This document shows, in pieces, positions 19,000 through 29,059 of a stretch of 64,000 nt of DNA. The notes beneath the pieces are model-generated. The model did no database searches. It was not told where the DNA came from and saw only the letters and a program-made list of their open reading frames with translations. This DNA is from an uncultured Acidobacteriota bacterium. GTDB lineage: Bacteria > Acidobacteriota > Vicinamibacteria > Marinacidobacterales > SMYC01. Positions within the stretch are counted from its first letter, which is position 1. Every line of letters starts with the position of its first letter. The position numbers and the translations under genes were made by a program. The stretch spans positions 426,964 to 490,963 of the forward strand of contig CAVQUX010000015.1 of assembly GCA_963716925.1 (NCBI GenBank), read 5' to 3'.

Positions 19000-21045
19000 G
19001 TGCCCATGAGAATGAGAGAAGCCTTCGCCCGTCTCGTCCTAGCGCTCGTCGTCGCCGCACCCGCCGCGGCTCAGAAGATACCGATGACCCCCATCGATCT
19101 TCTCGAAGTCCCGGTTCTCACCGATCCCCGTCTCTCTCCCGACGGCAAGGAGATCCTGTTCGTTCTCGCCGAGGCGGACTGGAAAGCCAACGAGCGGGTG
19201 AGCCACATCTGGCGGGCCGGTGTCGCCGGGGAGAATCGCGTACAGCTCACCCGGGGGACGAAAGGCGAGTCGAGCCCGCGCTGGTCGCCGGACGGCAAGT
19301 GGATCGTCTTCGTCGCCGAGCGCGAGGGAGACGATGCGGCACAGCTCTACCGGATCTCCGCGGAAGGAGGAGAGGCGGTGCGGCTCACGAGCCACGAGAC
19401 GGGGGTCTCGAGCCCCTCGTTCTCTCCCGACGGGAAGACCCTGTACTTCCTCGCCGACGATCCCAAGAGCGAAGAGGAAAAGACGCGGGGCAAGCTCGAG
19501 GACGACGTCTTCGCCTTCGACGAGAGCTGGAAACACCGTCGCCTCTGGGCTCATTCCGTCGAGCAAGGAACGTCGAGGCTCCTCACCCCGGGCGATTTCA
19601 CCGTCCGCGAGTATCGGGTCTCGCGCGACGGAGGGAAGATTGCGCTCCACCGCGCGCCCTCTCCGCTCCTCGACGCCTCGGCTCAGGGCGAGGTCTACGT
19701 CGTGAGCGCCGACGGCGCCGGCATGGTGCGGCTGACCTCGAACTCCGTTCCCGAAGGCGGGGCCGAGCTGTCTCCCGATTCGAGCCGCGTCCTCTTTCTC
19801 GCGGACTCGAACGATCGCTTCGAGTTCTACTACAACCGGAATCTCTTCGTGGTCCCGGCATCGGGAGGAGCGGCGAAGCTCCTCCTTGCCGACATGCCGC
19901 ACGAGGTCACGGACGCGCACTGGTCGAAAGACGGATCGGCCATCTACTTCGTCGCCAATACCGGTGTCCGCGCCGAGCTGTTCCGCGTGGATCTCGCTAC
20001 CGGGAAGTACCAGGCCCTGACCGCGGGCGATCACGCGGTGGGCGAGTGGCGCTACGAGCCCGCGCTATCCACCCACGTCTTCGCCGTCGACGAGCCGGAG
20101 AACGCGGGAGACCTCTGGGTTCTCGAGTCGGATGCAGCGAAGCCCAGAAGGGTGACGACCGTCTACGGTTACCTCGCGAAGTTCGAGCTCCCTCGGGAGG
20201 AAGCGGTTCGCTTCCAGGGCCAGGATGGAGTCGAGGTGGAGGGAGTCCTCTACTATCCCCTCGGTTACGAAGCGGGCCGGCGCTACCCTCTCATCGTGCA
20301 TACCCACGGAGGCCCGCGCTCCTCGGACAAGTTCGGGTTCAGCGACTGGGGGAGCTACCCGCAGGTTTCGACCGCGCTCGGCTATGCGGTGTTCAAGCCG
20401 AACTATCGCGGGAGCACGGGCTACGGCGACGATTTCCTGCGGGGCATGGTGGGCCACTACTTCGAGCAGGCGCACCTCGACGTGATGGCCGGCGTCGACC
20501 ATCTCATCGCCCGAGGGATCGCGGACGGCGACCGGATGGTGAAGATGGGCTGGAGCGGCGGCGGGCACATGACGAACAAGATCATCACCTACACCGACCG
20601 CTTCAAAGCGGCTTCCTCCGGCGCCGGGGCGTCGAACTGGATCTCCATGTACGCGCAGAGCGACACCCGAATCCAGCGGACTCCCTGGTTCGGAGGGACG
20701 CCCTGGCAGGAAGACGCCCCCATCGACCTCTACTGGGGCCATTCGCCGCTCAAGGACATCTACAAGGCGAAGACGCCGACGCTCGTCCTCGTGGGCGAGA
20801 AGGACGAGCGGGTGCCGCCGCCCCAGTCCGTCGAGCTCTATCGGGCGCTCAAGGCGAACGGGGTGGAGACCCGGCTCTACATGGCGCCCCGAGAGCCCCA
20901 CGTCTGGCGCGAGCTCCGGCACGAGCTGTTCAAGATCAACGTCGAGCTCGACTGGTTCGAAAAGCACGTTCGAGGACGAACCTACGAGTGGGCGAAGCCG
21001 CCCGGAGACGGCGAGGTGAAGCCTTCTACGGACGGGATGCCGTAG
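19000..21045 (+). CDS. S9 family (prolyl oligo/acylaminoacyl) peptidase
   Basis: SPDG propeller repeats; HGGP, NYRGSTGYG, GWSGGG nucleophile, DERVP and EPH. Confidence 0.95.
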   Translation: MPMRMREAFARLVLALVVAAPAAAQKIPMTPIDLLEVPVLTDPRLSPDGKEILFVLAEADWKANERVSHIWRAGVAGENRVQLTRGTKGESSPRWSPDGKWIVFVAEREGDDAAQLYRISAEGGEAVRLTSHETGVSSPSFSPDGKTLYFLADDPKSEEEKTRGKLEDDVFAFDESWKHRRLWAHSVEQGTSRLLTPGDFTVREYRVSRDGGKIALHRAPSPLLDASAQGEVYVVSADGAGMVRLTSNSVPEGGAELSPDSSRVLFLADSNDRFEFYYNRNLFVVPASGGAAKLLLADMPHEVTDAHWSKDGSAIYFVANTGVRAELFRVDLATGKYQALTAGDHAVGEWRYEPALSTHVFAVDEPENAGDLWVLESDAAKPRRVTTVYGYLAKFELPREEAVRFQGQDGVEVEGVLYYPLGYEAGRRYPLIVHTHGGPRSSDKFGFSDWGSYPQVSTALGYAVFKPNYRGSTGYGDDFLRGMVGHYFEQAHLDVMAGVDHLIARGIADGDRMVKMGWSGGGHMTNKIITYTDRFKAASSGAGASNWISMYAQSDTRIQRTPWFGGTPWQEDAPIDLYWGHSPLKDIYKAKTPTLVLVGEKDERVPPPQSVELYRALKANGVETRLYMAPREPHVWRELRHELFKINVELDWFEKHVRGRTYEWAKPPGDGEVKPSTDGMP

Positions 21046-22027
21046 CCGGCGCTTCGAAGAGCGAGGCGAGGTCGAGGCGCTCGGCCTCGCCCAGCTGAAT
21101 CGAGAGCGCTTCCTCGGCGGGGTCGAGGTGCGCGGGCCTCCGCGGACCGAGGATTACCGCCGTGGTGCGAGGGTGGCTCAGCACCCACGCGATGGCGAGG
21201 GCCGCCATGCTGACGCCGCGTTCCCTCGCGCGCTCGCCGAAGGCCGCGATCGCGCGGAGGACGACGTCGTTCCGGAGGTGCGCGTAGGGCTCGGGCCGGA
21301 GCGTCATCCGCGAGCCCGCGGGGAAGCTGTCGGCGGAGGCGTACTTGCCGGTGAGCCAGCCCCCGGCTAGAGGACTGAAGGGGGTGAAGCCCAGGCTCTC
21401 TTCGGCACAGAGCGGAAGGACGTCGCGCTCCGGCGCGCGGTCGAGAAGGCTGTAGCCGTTCTGGACCCACTCGAAGCGGTTCACCCGGTTCCTCCCGCTC
21501 ACCCCGAGCGCCTTCGCGAGCCGGAAGCCCTCGATGTTGCTCGCGCCGATGTAGTGGATCTTTCCCGCGTGAATCAGGTCGTCGAGGGCTTCGAGGGTCT
21601 CTTCCAACGGCGTTTCCGGGTCGGGCTCGTGGATCAGGAACATATCGAGCGTTTCGATTCCGAGCCGCTTCAGACTGCGCTCCACCTGCCGCTTGAGATG
21701 ACGGCGCGAGAGACCGCGGTCGTTCGGGCCGTCTCCCACGGGGTTGAACGCCTTCGAGCTCACCAGGATCCGATCGACGACGCTCGCGTCCTTCGTCTTC
21801 AGCCACCGGCCGATGAACGACTCGCTTCGCCCTCCGCCGTAGGCGTCGGCGGTGTCGAAGAAGTTGACGCCCATCTCGAGCGCCCGGTCCATCAGGGCGA
21901 AGGCCTCGGTCTCGCTCTCGCCCTGCCCGTAGAAGCGGGGATCGGAGCCGACCCCGCCGAAGTTCCCGCAGCCGAGGCCCAGGCGCGACACCTTGAGACC
22001 GGTACGTCCCAGATTGCGGTGCTCCAT
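21026..22027 (-). CDS. Aldo/keto reductase
   Basis: LGRTGLKVSRLGLG, FDTADAYG, SLKRL, GKIHYIGASN and SPLAGG. Confidence 0.95.
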   Translation of the reverse strand: MEHRNLGRTGLKVSRLGLGCGNFGGVGSDPRFYGQGESETEAFALMDRALEMGVNFFDTADAYGGGRSESFIGRWLKTKDASVVDRILVSSKAFNPVGDGPNDRGLSRRHLKRQVERSLKRLGIETLDMFLIHEPDPETPLEETLEALDDLIHAGKIHYIGASNIEGFRLAKALGVSGRNRVNRFEWVQNGYSLLDRAPERDVLPLCAEESLGFTPFSPLAGGWLTGKYASADSFPAGSRMTLRPEPYAHLRNDVVLRAIAAFGERARERGVSMAALAIAWVLSHPRTTAVILGPRRPAHLDPAEEALSIQLGEAERLDLASLFEAPATASRP

Positions 22028-22079
22028 GTCGTCGAAATTCTAACTCTTTTGCCGTATCCTCTAGGAGACCCCTCCCAAC

Positions 22080-23549
22080 ATGCGCAATCTCATCCTGGCC
22101 GCCTGCGGCCTCGCTCTAGTCGCGCACCTCGCCCGGGCGGAGGAAAAGTGGCACGAAGCGTCGAGCGAGAACTTCGTCCTGATGACGAACGCCTCGCCGG
22201 AGCGGGCCGAGTCGATTCTTCTCAGCCTGGAGAGATTTCGAGCGGCGCTGGGCCAGGTGGTTCCGGAACTGAGGCGCTGGACCCCGGGCCGCACCCGGGT
22301 CTACGGGTTTCGCGACCGCGACAGCCTCGAGCCTTTCCTTCCGCTTTCGGCGCCTTCGGGCCCGAAGGTCGCGGGATACTTTCGAAAGGCAGCGTCTCAG
22401 AACGTGATCGTCCTCGACCTCACCGGAGGCATGCCCGCTTTCGAGCGCACCCTCTTTCACGAGTACGTGCACCTGGTGCTGAGCTTGAGCGAGCGCGACC
22501 TTCCTCTCTGGTTCGAGGAGGGACTGTCCGAGTTCTACGCCGGCGCGCGCCTCGACGAGAACGAGGCCGAGATCGGCGTTTCCGACCCTCGACACCGGGC
22601 CCTGCTCTCGCGGCTTCCTCTCCTGCCCATGGAGGAGCTGCTTTCGCTCGAAGAGTCCGGCGGCTCCGGCGCGCTCTTCCATGCCCAGTCCTGGGCTCTC
22701 GTTCACTATCTGCTGGTCGAAGCTCCCGAGGGCCGGGAACGGCTGGCCCGCTTCCTCGCGCTCCACGAGAACGGAGGCGAGCTCGTCGCCGCCTTTCGCG
22801 AGGCCTTCCGCTCGGAGCCGGCGGCGATGCAGCAGGCTCTCGAGGAATACGTGAGACGGAATCGATGGTCGGGAATCGAGCTCGAGCTCTCCCCGGAAGG
22901 CGCGGGCTCGGCAATCTCGAGACGACTCTCGAGGGCGGAGGTCCAGGAGCGCTGGGGCGAGCTCTTCCTCGCGACCTCGAGGTTGCGGGAGGCCCGCGTC
23001 TGTCTCGAGGAGGCGGTGCGCCTCGATCCCGATCAGGGAACCGCGTGGGAGGCGCTCGGCTTGCTGGAGTTGGAGGAAGGGGATTCCGCGGGGGCGGAGA
23101 TCCACTTGAAGAAGGCGATCGACCTCGACTCCGCGAGCGCTTCCGGACTCTTCCGGTACGCGGAGATCCTGCTCGCGGATCGCTCCCGCCGCAGGGTCGC
23201 CTTCATCCCCGCCGCGGTGGCCGCCGAGGCCGCTTCGGCCCTGAGGCGAAGCCTCGCTCTCGAGCCCTCGGGCCGCGCGGCCTCGGAGCTTCTCGCTTTT
23301 CTCTACCTGGTGCGCGGCGAGCGGCTGAACGAAGCGGAAGCGCTCGTCGACACGGCGCTCGCGATGGCTCCGGACGACCCGCCGCTTCTCTTTCTCCGGG
23401 GCCAGCTCCTGGCGAAGCGGGGGAGATACGAAGAGGCGCGCAGGAACCTGAGGCTTGCGATCGAGGCTTCGGAGGATCCGCAATTGCGGGCGGAAGCGGA
23501 GGCGTTCCTGGCCCGCATGACCGACGTGGAGCGGGCTCCCGGCAGGTGA
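22080..23549 (+). CDS. Secreted gluzincin-like (DUF1570/MA) domain plus TPR protein
   Basis: Signal peptide; FHEYVHL...PLWFEEGLSEF; C-terminal TPRs. Confidence 0.82.
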   Translation: MRNLILAACGLALVAHLARAEEKWHEASSENFVLMTNASPERAESILLSLERFRAALGQVVPELRRWTPGRTRVYGFRDRDSLEPFLPLSAPSGPKVAGYFRKAASQNVIVLDLTGGMPAFERTLFHEYVHLVLSLSERDLPLWFEEGLSEFYAGARLDENEAEIGVSDPRHRALLSRLPLLPMEELLSLEESGGSGALFHAQSWALVHYLLVEAPEGRERLARFLALHENGGELVAAFREAFRSEPAAMQQALEEYVRRNRWSGIELELSPEGAGSAISRRLSRAEVQERWGELFLATSRLREARVCLEEAVRLDPDQGTAWEALGLLELEEGDSAGAEIHLKKAIDLDSASASGLFRYAEILLADRSRRRVAFIPAAVAAEAASALRRSLALEPSGRAASELLAFLYLVRGERLNEAEALVDTALAMAPDDPPLLFLRGQLLAKRGRYEEARRNLRLAIEASEDPQLRAEAEAFLARMTDVERAPGR

Positions 23550-23616
23550 TGCTCCTCGCGCTCATCCCCGCGATGCGATTGCGATTCGGGCGGGCGAGTT
23601 GCTAGAGTTCCGAGCC

Positions 23617-24183
23617 ATGTTGAGAGCTGTCTGCCTCCTGTCCGCCACGATTTCGATGCTCGCCACGGCCTCGGGCACTCTCTTCGCCCAGAGGCTCGTC
23701 ACCCCGCTCGGGTCGAAGCTCGAGCCGCTCGTTACCGACTTCAACGCCCAGTCGAGCGTTCCCCAACTCCTCGTCATTCTTTCTCCCACTTGAGGGAACT
23801 GCCAGGCGGGCGCCCGTGTGGTGCAGAAGGTTTTGAGCGGGATCGACGACGACTCTCTACGGGTTTCCATCGTCTGGACGGCGGCGCTCCGGAACGACAC
23901 TTATGAAGAGGCGGTCCGCTCTCGGGAGCTCGTACCGGACCGGCGGGTCCGACACTACTGGGACGGAGCGAACGCCGTCGGAACTCTCGTCGCGCCGGTC
24001 ATCGGGACCAAGATGCAGATGGCCTGGGACGTTTATATCGCGTACGCGAAAGGGGCGAAGTGGGAAGCAGGCGCCGCGCCGCCGAAGCCGGCGGGCTGGC
24101 TCCATCAGAAGCTCAGCGAAGACCCGAAGCGGAGAATGGACGAGTCTACGCTCGGGGCGATGCTTGCAGAAGTTCTGAAGTGA
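23617..24183 (+). CDS. Exported thioredoxin-fold selenoprotein (UxxC); in-frame TGA at 23791-23793
   Basis: Track ORFs 23599-23793 and 23818-24183 share one frame; readthrough gives LLVILSPT-U-GNC-QAGA; SECIS-like hairpin follows. Confidence 0.82.
23799..23826 (+). promoter_or_regulatory. Candidate bacterial SECIS hairpin
   Basis: CTGC/GCAG, CA/TG and GCGG/CCGT stems; GCGC apical loop begins with G, 16 nt after the UGA. Confidence 0.65.
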
Positions 24184-24214
24184 GCGGCGAAAACTCCCCC
24201 CTTCTCGCCCGGGC

Positions 24215-25288
24215 TCAGCGCGGATCGGCCGGGAGGGTGCCGGGAACGACGGGATAACCTCGTTCCGTCCATACCAGGAACCCCTCGTCCAGGACTGCCG
24301 TAGCCGGGAATCCCATCTCGCGGAGCAGGTCCACCACCTCGCCCGAGGCCGCGTGCGGGCACGCGCAGTAGGCGACGATCATCGTTCCGTCCTTCGGAAG
24401 CTTATCCGCCAGCGCGCTCACGTCGTAGTAGGGAATGGGAACCGCTCCCGGGATGTGCGACGCGATCCAGTCCGACGTCGGCCGCGCATCCACCAGCACC
24501 ACCCGGGCTTTCTCGTCGAGAGCCGCCTTGAGATCGTCCGCGGCAAGGTAGCGTCCCTCCCGCAGCTGGAACTCCGGCCGCGGACCGTCGGGGTGAAGGA
24601 GCGGCTCAATCGCTGCCGGGACGCTCCCGACGGGCCGCAGCGGCTCGATCGGCTGTGCCCAGGTCCGGATGAAGGCCGTCACCGCCGCAATCTGCTCCGG
24701 AGGAAGACGCCGTCCAAAGGCGATCATCTCCGTGCCTTCTCTGCCCTCGCGGATCGCGTGCTGGACGAAGGCATCGCTCGCGCTCGCCAGGAATCGGGAG
24801 TTCGAGAGGGTCACCGCCTCGACACCTTCGCCCCTGACTCCGTGGCAGCGCGCGCACTCCTCCGCGTAGACCTCGCTCCCGCGGGCGGCGTCGCCCGTCA
24901 CCGGATTCGAATCGAGCGCCAACGGAGCCACCGGGCGCTGCCGCCTCAACCACGCCGCGATCGCCCGTATCTCGTCGGGCTCGAGCGGGCCGCCCAGCTC
25001 CGATCCGAAGGCGGCCATCGCCGTGCCCGGCCGTCCGTAGGCCGTCGAGTCGAAGAGGAACTCGTCCGAGGCCGTCGAAAGGAACGACGGTGATACCAGC
25101 GAAGGCGCATTGTCGGCGGCATAGCCTGTCCCGTCCGATGCGTGACAGAGCGCGCAATACCGCTGGTACAGAGCGCCGCCGTCGTGGCCCGCCCCGGCTC
25201 CCTGGGGATAGGCGTCGGCGATCACGAGAATCGCGATTGCGCTCGAGGGAACGAGACGCCAGCTCCATGCGTTCATTCGTGTCCTCAC
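24215..25288 (-). CDS. Diheme c-type cytochrome fused to a rhodanese domain
   Basis: Signal; CALCH and CARCH, each with a distal Met (GTAM, GTEM); LVDARP..SHIPGA...YCACPH. Confidence 0.88.
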   Translation of the reverse strand: MRTRMNAWSWRLVPSSAIAILVIADAYPQGAGAGHDGGALYQRYCALCHASDGTGYAADNAPSLVSPSFLSTASDEFLFDSTAYGRPGTAMAAFGSELGGPLEPDEIRAIAAWLRRQRPVAPLALDSNPVTGDAARGSEVYAEECARCHGVRGEGVEAVTLSNSRFLASASDAFVQHAIREGREGTEMIAFGRRLPPEQIAAVTAFIRTWAQPIEPLRPVGSVPAAIEPLLHPDGPRPEFQLREGRYLAADDLKAALDEKARVVLVDARPTSDWIASHIPGAVPIPYYDVSALADKLPKDGTMIVAYCACPHAASGEVVDLLREMGFPATAVLDEGFLVWTERGYPVVPGTLPADPR

Positions 25289-25572
25289 ACCACCCGCACG
25301 AATCCGCCGCGGAAGCGGCGAGAAAGCGGCGTCGGGACGTCGGGAAGGCTCGAGAACGGTCGGATGCCATGGCGTCTTTCTCCTTACTCGGCGACATCAT
25401 AGATCTCCTGAAGTCCAGCGCAGGCGAGTCTTCCGTTCGCTCGACGGATGGCCAAGGCCGCCCCATCCGTTGAGAGTGAAAAGCCGACTCTCGAGACGAG
25501 ACTTCGTGTCGCGAGCCGCGGCGCCCATCGTGTAAGCTGGAGCGCGGTAGTGCGAAAGGAGGGCGCTCGAGC

Positions 25573-25869
25573 ATGACCGTCCGTGCGCGCGCGGTGCCTA
25601 CGGGGTTGATCGAGAACGACCGGGTCATCGTAACCGAGTGGCGCTTCGCGCCCGGGGCGGAGACGGGTTGGCACGTGCACGGCCACGACTACGTCGTCGT
25701 GCCGCAGACCGACGGGAGCCTGCTTCTCGAGACGAAAGAGGGGGCCCGGTACTCCGAGCTGCGTGTCGGCCGGCCCTACTTCAAGAACGCCGGTGTCGAG
25801 CACAACGTCGTCAACGCGAACGAGCACGAGCTCGTATTCATCGAAGTGGAGCTGAAGGCGGCCCTCTAG
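25573..25869 (+). CDS. Cupin domain protein
   Basis: GWHVHGHDY...GVEHNVVN. Confidence 0.88.
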   Translation: MTVRARAVPTGLIENDRVIVTEWRFAPGAETGWHVHGHDYVVVPQTDGSLLLETKEGARYSELRVGRPYFKNAGVEHNVVNANEHELVFIEVELKAAL

Positions 25870-25898
25870 TCGGAAGCTCCAAGGAGGACGCGGAATCG

Positions 25899-27599
25899 AT
25901 GGCATCTCGACGGCGGGAGCGAACCCCTGACCAACGCGGGAGGAAGACCGCTCCGAAAGCGAAGGTCGGACGCGAGAGCGCGCGGGGTCCAGCCGCAGCG
26001 GAGAGGCGCGTGCTCTGGCTGCCTCTGGCGGCGACGCTCGGGCTCGCGCTGCTGTCTTTCGTACCCCGGGTGCAGGAAAGCCCGGTCGTGACTCGATCGT
26101 TCTGGGCCGCGGCCGCGGTTCTGGCCTTGTGGCAGGCCGCGCTGTTCCTGCGGCTCAGACAAGAGGGCGAGTCCAAAACCCGCATCGCTCGTGTCGAGCT
26201 CCGCCGGCAGCACTATATTCAGGCGGCGGTCCAGCTCTCGGTCTACGCCTACTGGGGATATCACTGGCGCCCGGTCTATGACTACGCCTGGCTCCTGGTG
26301 GGCCAGCTCTTGTTCGCCTACGCCTTCGACATGCTGCTCGCCTGGTCGCGACGGGAGACGTACGTCCTCGGCTTCGGCGCGTTTCCGATCGTCTTGAGCA
26401 CCAACCTGTTTCTGTGGTTCCGGGACGATTGGTTCTACCTTCAGTTCGTCATGATCGCCGTCGGGTTCCTGGGGAAGGAATTCGTTCGCTGGAGCCGCGA
26501 CGGGCGCCGGGTCCACATCTTCAATCCGTCCGCCTTCTCTCTCTCGTTGTTCTCCCTGGTATTGATCGCGACGGGTACGACGGACCTCACCTGGGGCCGG
26601 GAGATCGCAACCACCTTGAGTCTCGCGCCGCACATCTATCTCTTTCTGTTCCTGATCGGCCTGGTGGTCATGTACTTCTTCTCGATCACTCTGGTGGCCG
26701 GGTCCGCGGCGGCGGTGCTGTTCGGCGCGAGCGCCCTGTACTCGGCGGCGACGGGGGTGCCCTATTTCATCGATTCGGAGATTCCCACCGCGGTGTTTCT
26801 CGGATTGCACCTGCTCGTTACCGACCCGTCGACGTCGCCGCGAACGCCGCCAGGCAAGCTCGTCTTCGGCGTGCTGTACGGCCTCGGCGTGTTCGTCCTG
26901 TACGCGCTGCTCGGAGTGGCGGGAGCGCCCACCTTCTACGACAAGCTTCTCTCCGTGCCCCTCTTGAACCTGAGCGTTCGAGGCATCGATCGTTTCGTAC
27001 GCGCGTTTCAGGACACCCCCGTGGTTCGTTTCGCCCTCGGTTGGGAGCCCTCCCGGGCGAACCTGGCCCAGATGGCCGTCTGGGCGGTTTTCTTCGGCGT
27101 CATGACGAGCGTCGGGGCGACCGACGGGACGCACCGTGGTGACACGGTTCCGTTCTGGGAGCAGGCCTGTGCCGAGGGCCGCCGGAACGCCTGCGAGCGC
27201 TTGCTGCAGATCGAGTCGACGTACTGTGGGGACAATTCCGGATGGGCCTGTAACGAGCTCGGCCGTCACTACAGGGAGGGAATGGGGACGGCCGCGGACG
27301 CCGAGCTGGCGCTCGGTTATTTTTCGCGAGCCTGCGAGCTCCGGTTCCAGGCCGGCTGCGTCAACCTCCTGGCTCCTCGGAGTCTCAGACGGGCCAACCC
27401 GCGCGCCTTCGATCTCCGATTGTTGCTCCGCGAGGGCGGCCCGAATCTGATGGAGATGCCGGAGCCGGATCTCTACGCACGTGCCTGCGACCATCGATGG
27501 ACCTTCGCGTGCCAGAGAGCCGCGGGCGTCGAGTCCGAGGGAGGATCTCAGCGTGACAACGCCAAAGGACCCGCTCGAGCCTCCGGCGTCCCCGAGTGA
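25899..27599 (+). CDS. RnfD/NqrB(UnbU)-like membrane protein with C-terminal Cys-rich Sel1-like repeats
   Basis: HIFNPSAF and LLVTDPSTSP; about 11 TMs; ACNELG...YFSRACE..GC; RBS aaggagg before ATG 25899. Confidence 0.75.
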   Translation: MASRRRERTPDQRGRKTAPKAKVGRESARGPAAAERRVLWLPLAATLGLALLSFVPRVQESPVVTRSFWAAAAVLALWQAALFLRLRQEGESKTRIARVELRRQHYIQAAVQLSVYAYWGYHWRPVYDYAWLLVGQLLFAYAFDMLLAWSRRETYVLGFGAFPIVLSTNLFLWFRDDWFYLQFVMIAVGFLGKEFVRWSRDGRRVHIFNPSAFSLSLFSLVLIATGTTDLTWGREIATTLSLAPHIYLFLFLIGLVVMYFFSITLVAGSAAAVLFGASALYSAATGVPYFIDSEIPTAVFLGLHLLVTDPSTSPRTPPGKLVFGVLYGLGVFVLYALLGVAGAPTFYDKLLSVPLLNLSVRGIDRFVRAFQDTPVVRFALGWEPSRANLAQMAVWAVFFGVMTSVGATDGTHRGDTVPFWEQACAEGRRNACERLLQIESTYCGDNSGWACNELGRHYREGMGTAADAELALGYFSRACELRFQAGCVNLLAPRSLRRANPRAFDLRLLLREGGPNLMEMPEPDLYARACDHRWTFACQRAAGVESEGGSQRDNAKGPARASGVPE

Positions 27600-28512
27600 C
27601 GCCAGAGGGCTTGCGGTCATCGCGGTCATCCTCGCTGCCGTGACCGGATGGTTGTCTTCACAACGGCCGGAGGGTGCGGCGGAGGCGGCGGCTTCCATCG
27701 CGTCGGACATCCCGGCTATCCCGGGGTTCCGTCCCGACGCCTGGTTCCTCCCCGACGAGGGTCTGCTTGGATTCGTCGAGATTCCGGCGGGGCCGTTTCG
27801 AATGGGAAGCGATACGAAGGTGGATCCACGCGCCTTCGACAACGAGCGATGGTCGGCGTCGAGCGACCAGGGCATCGTGGACCTCCCGGTCTTCTACATC
27901 GGTCGCTACGAGGTCACGGTCGCGCAGTTCCGCGCGTTCGCCGAGGCGACCGCCTTCCGCGCCGACGCGCAGGCGCTCGGAGGGCGACCGGACCATCCGG
28001 TCGGGTTCGTGTCATGGCCGGACGCGCTGGCTTACTGCCGATGGCTCGAGGCCAGGCTGCGGGAATGGCCGCACACTCCGCCGCAGCTGAGAGGCTTGCT
28101 GGACGAGGGCTGGCGCGTGACGCTGCCGTCGGAGGCGCAGTGGGAAAAAGCGGCGAGGGGGACCGACGGACGGATCTTTCCTTGGGGGGATGAGCCCCGG
28201 GAGGATCGCGCGAACTTCCGAGGCACGAGCGCGAAGCCCGTCGGCAGCTTCGCGTGCCCGGAGTGTCCTTTCGACCTGTCCGATATGAGCGGGAACCTCT
28301 GGGAGCTGACGCGAAGCCCATATCGGCCTTACCCGTACGATCCGACCGGCGACAACCTCGATCTCGATGCGGATGCCCTCTGGGTCATGCGCGGCGGATC
28401 GTACGGCGACACCGAGCAGAACATCCGCGCCGCCATCCGTGGCGGCGTGGACCCGGGCGCGCGTCGTCCCTTCATCGGATTCCGCGTCGTTCTAGGCCCC
28501 GGGGAGCCGTGA
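27553..28512 (+). CDS. Formylglycine-generating enzyme (SUMF1/FGE-sulfatase) domain protein
   Basis: GPFRMGS, YEVTVAQF, PV..VSW.DA..YC.W, LPSEAQWEKAARG, DMSGNLWE, RGGS and IGFR. Confidence 0.9.
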   Translation: MTTPKDPLEPPASPSDARGLAVIAVILAAVTGWLSSQRPEGAAEAAASIASDIPAIPGFRPDAWFLPDEGLLGFVEIPAGPFRMGSDTKVDPRAFDNERWSASSDQGIVDLPVFYIGRYEVTVAQFRAFAEATAFRADAQALGGRPDHPVGFVSWPDALAYCRWLEARLREWPHTPPQLRGLLDEGWRVTLPSEAQWEKAARGTDGRIFPWGDEPREDRANFRGTSAKPVGSFACPECPFDLSDMSGNLWELTRSPYRPYPYDPTGDNLDLDADALWVMRGGSYGDTEQNIRAAIRGGVDPGARRPFIGFRVVLGPGEP

Positions 28513-28550
28513 CCCCGCTCGCTGCCTTCGGCGGGCATTCGCGAAGAAGA

Positions 28551-28579
28551 ACCGCGGAGCGGTCACTCCGCTCCGCGGT
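28551..28579. terminator. Perfect 12-bp hairpin between convergent genes
   Basis: accgcggagcgg-tcact-ccgctccgcggt. Confidence 0.65.
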
Positions 28580-28594
28580 CGCTTGCGGAAACCG

Positions 28595-29059
28595 TCAGGC
28601 CACCTTGACCTCGATGGCCTTGGGCTTTGCTTTCTCGGTCTTGGGCAGATGGACGAACATCAGCCCGTCCTTGAACTCCGCCTTGACCTTCGTTTCGTCG
28701 ACGTTGTCGGGAACGACGAAAGTCCGCAGGAACAATCCGTAATAGCGCTCCATCCGATGGAACTTCCTGCCTTTCTCTTCCTTTTCCTTCTTTCGCTCGC
28801 CCTGCAGCGTGAGGACGCCGTCCTCGACCCACACCTTGACCTCTTCCTTCTTCACCTCGGGGATCTCCGCCTTGATGAGGTACTCGTCGACGGTCTCGGT
28901 GATATCGACCATCGGCGACCAGTCGGGATTGGTCAGAGATTCTCGAGTCAACTCGGAGGGGCGGCCGAGACCCGGCCGGCCGAGTCCGACGAACATGCGA
29001 TTGAGACGGTCACCCATTTCCTCGAGCTCACGATAAGGATCCCAGCGTATGAGATTCAT
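28595..29059 (-). CDS. Hsp20/alpha-crystallin small heat-shock protein
   Basis: MNLIRWDPYREL, WSPMVDITE, LTLQGER, ERYYG.F.R.F and AEFKDG; RBS ggagg. Confidence 0.95.
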   Translation of the reverse strand: MNLIRWDPYRELEEMGDRLNRMFVGLGRPGLGRPSELTRESLTNPDWSPMVDITETVDEYLIKAEIPEVKKEEVKVWVEDGVLTLQGERKKEKEEKGRKFHRMERYYGLFLRTFVVPDNVDETKVKAEFKDGLMFVHLPKTEKAKPKAIEVKVA

